A stretch of DNA of 64,000 nucleotides from Takakia lepidozioides (taxonomy: Eukaryota; Plantae; Bryophyta): positions 24,180,001 to 24,244,000 of the forward strand of contig CM060733.1 of the NCBI GenBank assembly GCA_030704615.1. Reading direction: 5' to 3'. The notes below the pieces were generated by a model. That model was not told the origin of the DNA and searched no databases. It worked only from the letters and a program-made list of their open reading frames with translations. Below, one piece after another: positions 61,304-64,000 of the stretch (positions are counted from its first letter, which is position 1; every line of letters begins with the position of its first letter). The position numbers and the translations under genes were made by a program.

Positions 61304-64000
61304 GATCGCCTATAGTGACTATACATGTAACCACAACCTCTTTCTTGTGAACCCTGATAGGCACAGTGACCAAACCTAGAGGCTCATATCTGGACCCATC
61401 CGCAATTAGTACTTCAACACCAGAGGCAGGGCATAACTTAAGACCAAGAACTCTCACATTATTTAGAGGCATAGCAGATATGGTGCAACCCGTGTCGATT
61501 ACACAAGGGAAACTCAACTCGTGAATATGGCATTGGGCCATAAGAAGGCTGATCTATTGTCCTGAGGTCTGCCTGCTTAGAGGACAATGCAAAGCTTTGA
61601 AATTAGTAGAATGAGAGAGGAAGGGTTGGTGACCGGTGGACCTCTTGCCCCCTTCCCAAGAGGTCTGTCTAATTTAAAGGAGAGTTGGAACCACTGGCAG
61701 CCTTTTTGTTTTTAAGCAGCTCTGGTAGGCATGCTCTATCATGGCAGTGCTTGGTCCAATGTTCAGAAGACCCACATATGTAGCATGCGGTTCGGTTGCC
61801 TTCATAGGCCTGACCAGTTTGGGTACGACCTCTGTTGCTACCACCTGTCTGTGCTTGTGGCTGTCTAGGCTGCCATCGTTGCTGATGAGCTTGCATGGCA
61901 GCGAACTGAGTGGCAACTGACTCACTTAGACTACCCACTGTGTTGGCCAGCCCTTGAAGAGTGAAATTATCTTACTTACATTGCATAGCAGGCGGGACAT
62001 AAGGTGAAGATGTTGCAGCCATGCCAAGCTCGGAGCCCACTGGAGCTTGAAACTTGGCATGAGTTTGCATTGATTTGCTGTCAGCTAAGTCTGCCATCTT
62101 AAGATTAATTTCAGCTAGCATAGTTTTGTCATTGACAAAATGACGACGTTGGGCCCAATTTTGAATACCATGGGGCAAGCCAAGGAGAAATTAGGTCTTC
62201 ACCATTCGATCACGTTCTGCTAGATCAATGATATTTTCTGCAGCAGCAAATTTTAGATCCATGTAATACTTCCACAAAGACTCTCCTGGCTGGTAAGTCC
62301 TGGAGCTTAATTTGGTGAAGCAGTCCAAGGGTCTTTTCAGGTGGTTTGAATAGGGTTTTAGCCCATTCCACAAGGGATGCCCAAGTGAGATGGGGGTCAT
62401 CCATGACAGCTGCATGCAACAAGTCACGGGATGGTCCCTTCATGCTCATTCTAAAAATTGCCATTTTAAAATTCTCAGGCACTCCATTCACATTAGCAAT
62501 CACTTCAAACATCTGGAGATATCTATCAAAGTCTTCTCCCATTGTGTATTCTGGATAGGGCTGGGTAGTGAGCTGAGAAAGCAAATGACAGGGCAGACTA
62601 TGATTCATGTGACCAGGCTGAGCAGATCCATGGGCCGGGCAGCAATGAGCCATAGCCTGAGTCTGATTGGTGGTTGTATTCATAGCATGGACCCCACTAG
62701 TAACCGGGACATAGTTGTTACTCATGACATTAGAGGGACCTTGAAATAACAAAGATGGCAGGCTAGGCAGTAATGTTGTCACGCTCACCTGGGGTGCATG
62801 AAACACAGGCCTTGACTGAACAGCTTGACTGACCATGGCTGCTTGGTTTGGAGCCACTCCACTCATGGTGGGAATGGGTGGCCTTCCCAATTGCTGGGCT
62901 GACTGACCGCCTACACTAGAGCTAGAACAAGCAGTATTCATGCCAACATACAATCCAGAAGTCACAGACACACCAATTCCTCCCCCAAGAGCGGGATTAG
63001 GAACATGCACCATAGAAACAGGCAAACCAGCAGCAATTCCTACGTTGACACGAGCATTTGACGGGGCTGGCATACCGCTCACATTAGCCCTTCCCACTGG
63101 GACTTGCACATTCGCATTGCATACACCACTAGCAATCGGGTCTAAAGAAGGGGGATGGATGGCATGCCTGTAAATACCACCCAAAGAACTGGCTCCTGTA
63201 ACTTGAGACAGGCCAGGCATCATGGCCATATGTCGAGTAGAGGCTAGCTGATCAGCAGCTGCGGACAGGCCCTCGTTAGTGACAAAATTACCAATACCAG
63301 CTACACTTGGCACCACAGGCCCACCAGGCAACATAGTGACCCCTGGAACTTCAAATTGCACTATCTTTGTGAGACCAGCGGGCGTCACTTGAACATCATC
63401 TAATTCTTGGGAAACAATACCATCTTCACAAGATAAATCAGTAGAGATTGGCCTCTGGTAGAGGCGATCCCTCATCTAGACTTACCATCCCATGTTGCAT
63501 TCGCGGATTGTCCCTCAAATTACCTGTAGGTGATGGAAGACCCGGCTCTCTGACCTCGACAGGGGCTGATTCCGTTGTGGCCAGATCGGGAGCATCCATC
63601 GCAACACGTTGCCTCCAAGACCTCAGCCAAGTATTAACAATGTTTCTTGCCATACAACAGGAAGCAACGAGTCCAAACACGAACAAAAAAATATTTTGTT
63701 CTGATTAAACTATGTCAAGATATAGGAATAGTAGAGAGATAACCTGGAAGCAACGAATACCAACAAGAGTTCTGATTAAGCCAAAGTCAGCAAGCAGGGA
63801 TGGGTAGCAATCCGCTACAGCAGCCCGCAATACCACGATCGTCCTTAATTCAAGGCCAGGTCGAACAGGAGATCACCTTGGTGATGTTGTGAGAGTCAGA
63901 ATCGTGCATGGAGAGCGCCCACCATTTCCACGTGCTCGTGGTCTTAACCCGTTGTGTTGTTCATATCATTGACCTCCTTTTAGAAGATTGGGGAAAAGAA

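Larger units (their letters stand above)
52404..64000 (-). mobile_element. Ty3/gypsy element E4: gag, protease, dUTPase-like, RT, RNase H, integrase, PPT, 3' LTR (52404-52871); interrupted by E5; continues past the window edge
   Basis: gag 63475-61669 (CYICGSSEHWTKHC); protease IDTG 61541-61309, resuming LLGLDW below 57025; RT 56062-55379 (YVDD); RNase H 55375-54860; integrase 54557-53197; G6 tract 52885-52890. Many frameshifts. Confidence 0.95.

Overview
Eukaryotic DNA, most likely from a non-seed land plant (bryophyte-like; inferred from GT-AG spliced genes, plant tRNA-iMet PBS sequences and plant gene families). About two-thirds is nested, decayed and rearranged transposons. Host genes: a 7-exon RAD7/rhp7-like RNI-LRR gene (25370-30262,+), an intronless CudA/STATL-type DNA-binding-domain gene without SH2 (32513-34132,-) and an SCI1-like gene (48229-50608,+). 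Mobile DNA: six Ty3/gypsy-type LTR elements or fragments (E1-E6), a hAT fragment, a hAT-type MITE and smaller repeats. Main finding: two elements with unrelated LTRs (E1, E4) share a non-canonical end structure. The 5' LTR has no terminal CA and runs straight into the PBS. The 3' LTR carries an extra 10-bp CA-ending tail, and that tail is also encoded between the PPT and the 3' LTR, forming a palindromic CA-NN-TG site. This is what integration from an end-joined circular cDNA would leave. Also notable: a retroelement carrying a DNMT3-like C5 methyltransferase and a PHD-finger integrase but lacking RT/RNase H; a spliced beta-class N4/N6 DNA-methyltransferase-like gene next to a head-to-head pair of unknown paralogues; a dUTPase-like domain in E4; and at least one well-supported inversion (possibly three) splitting LTR elements. 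All calls were made by eye; no searches were run.
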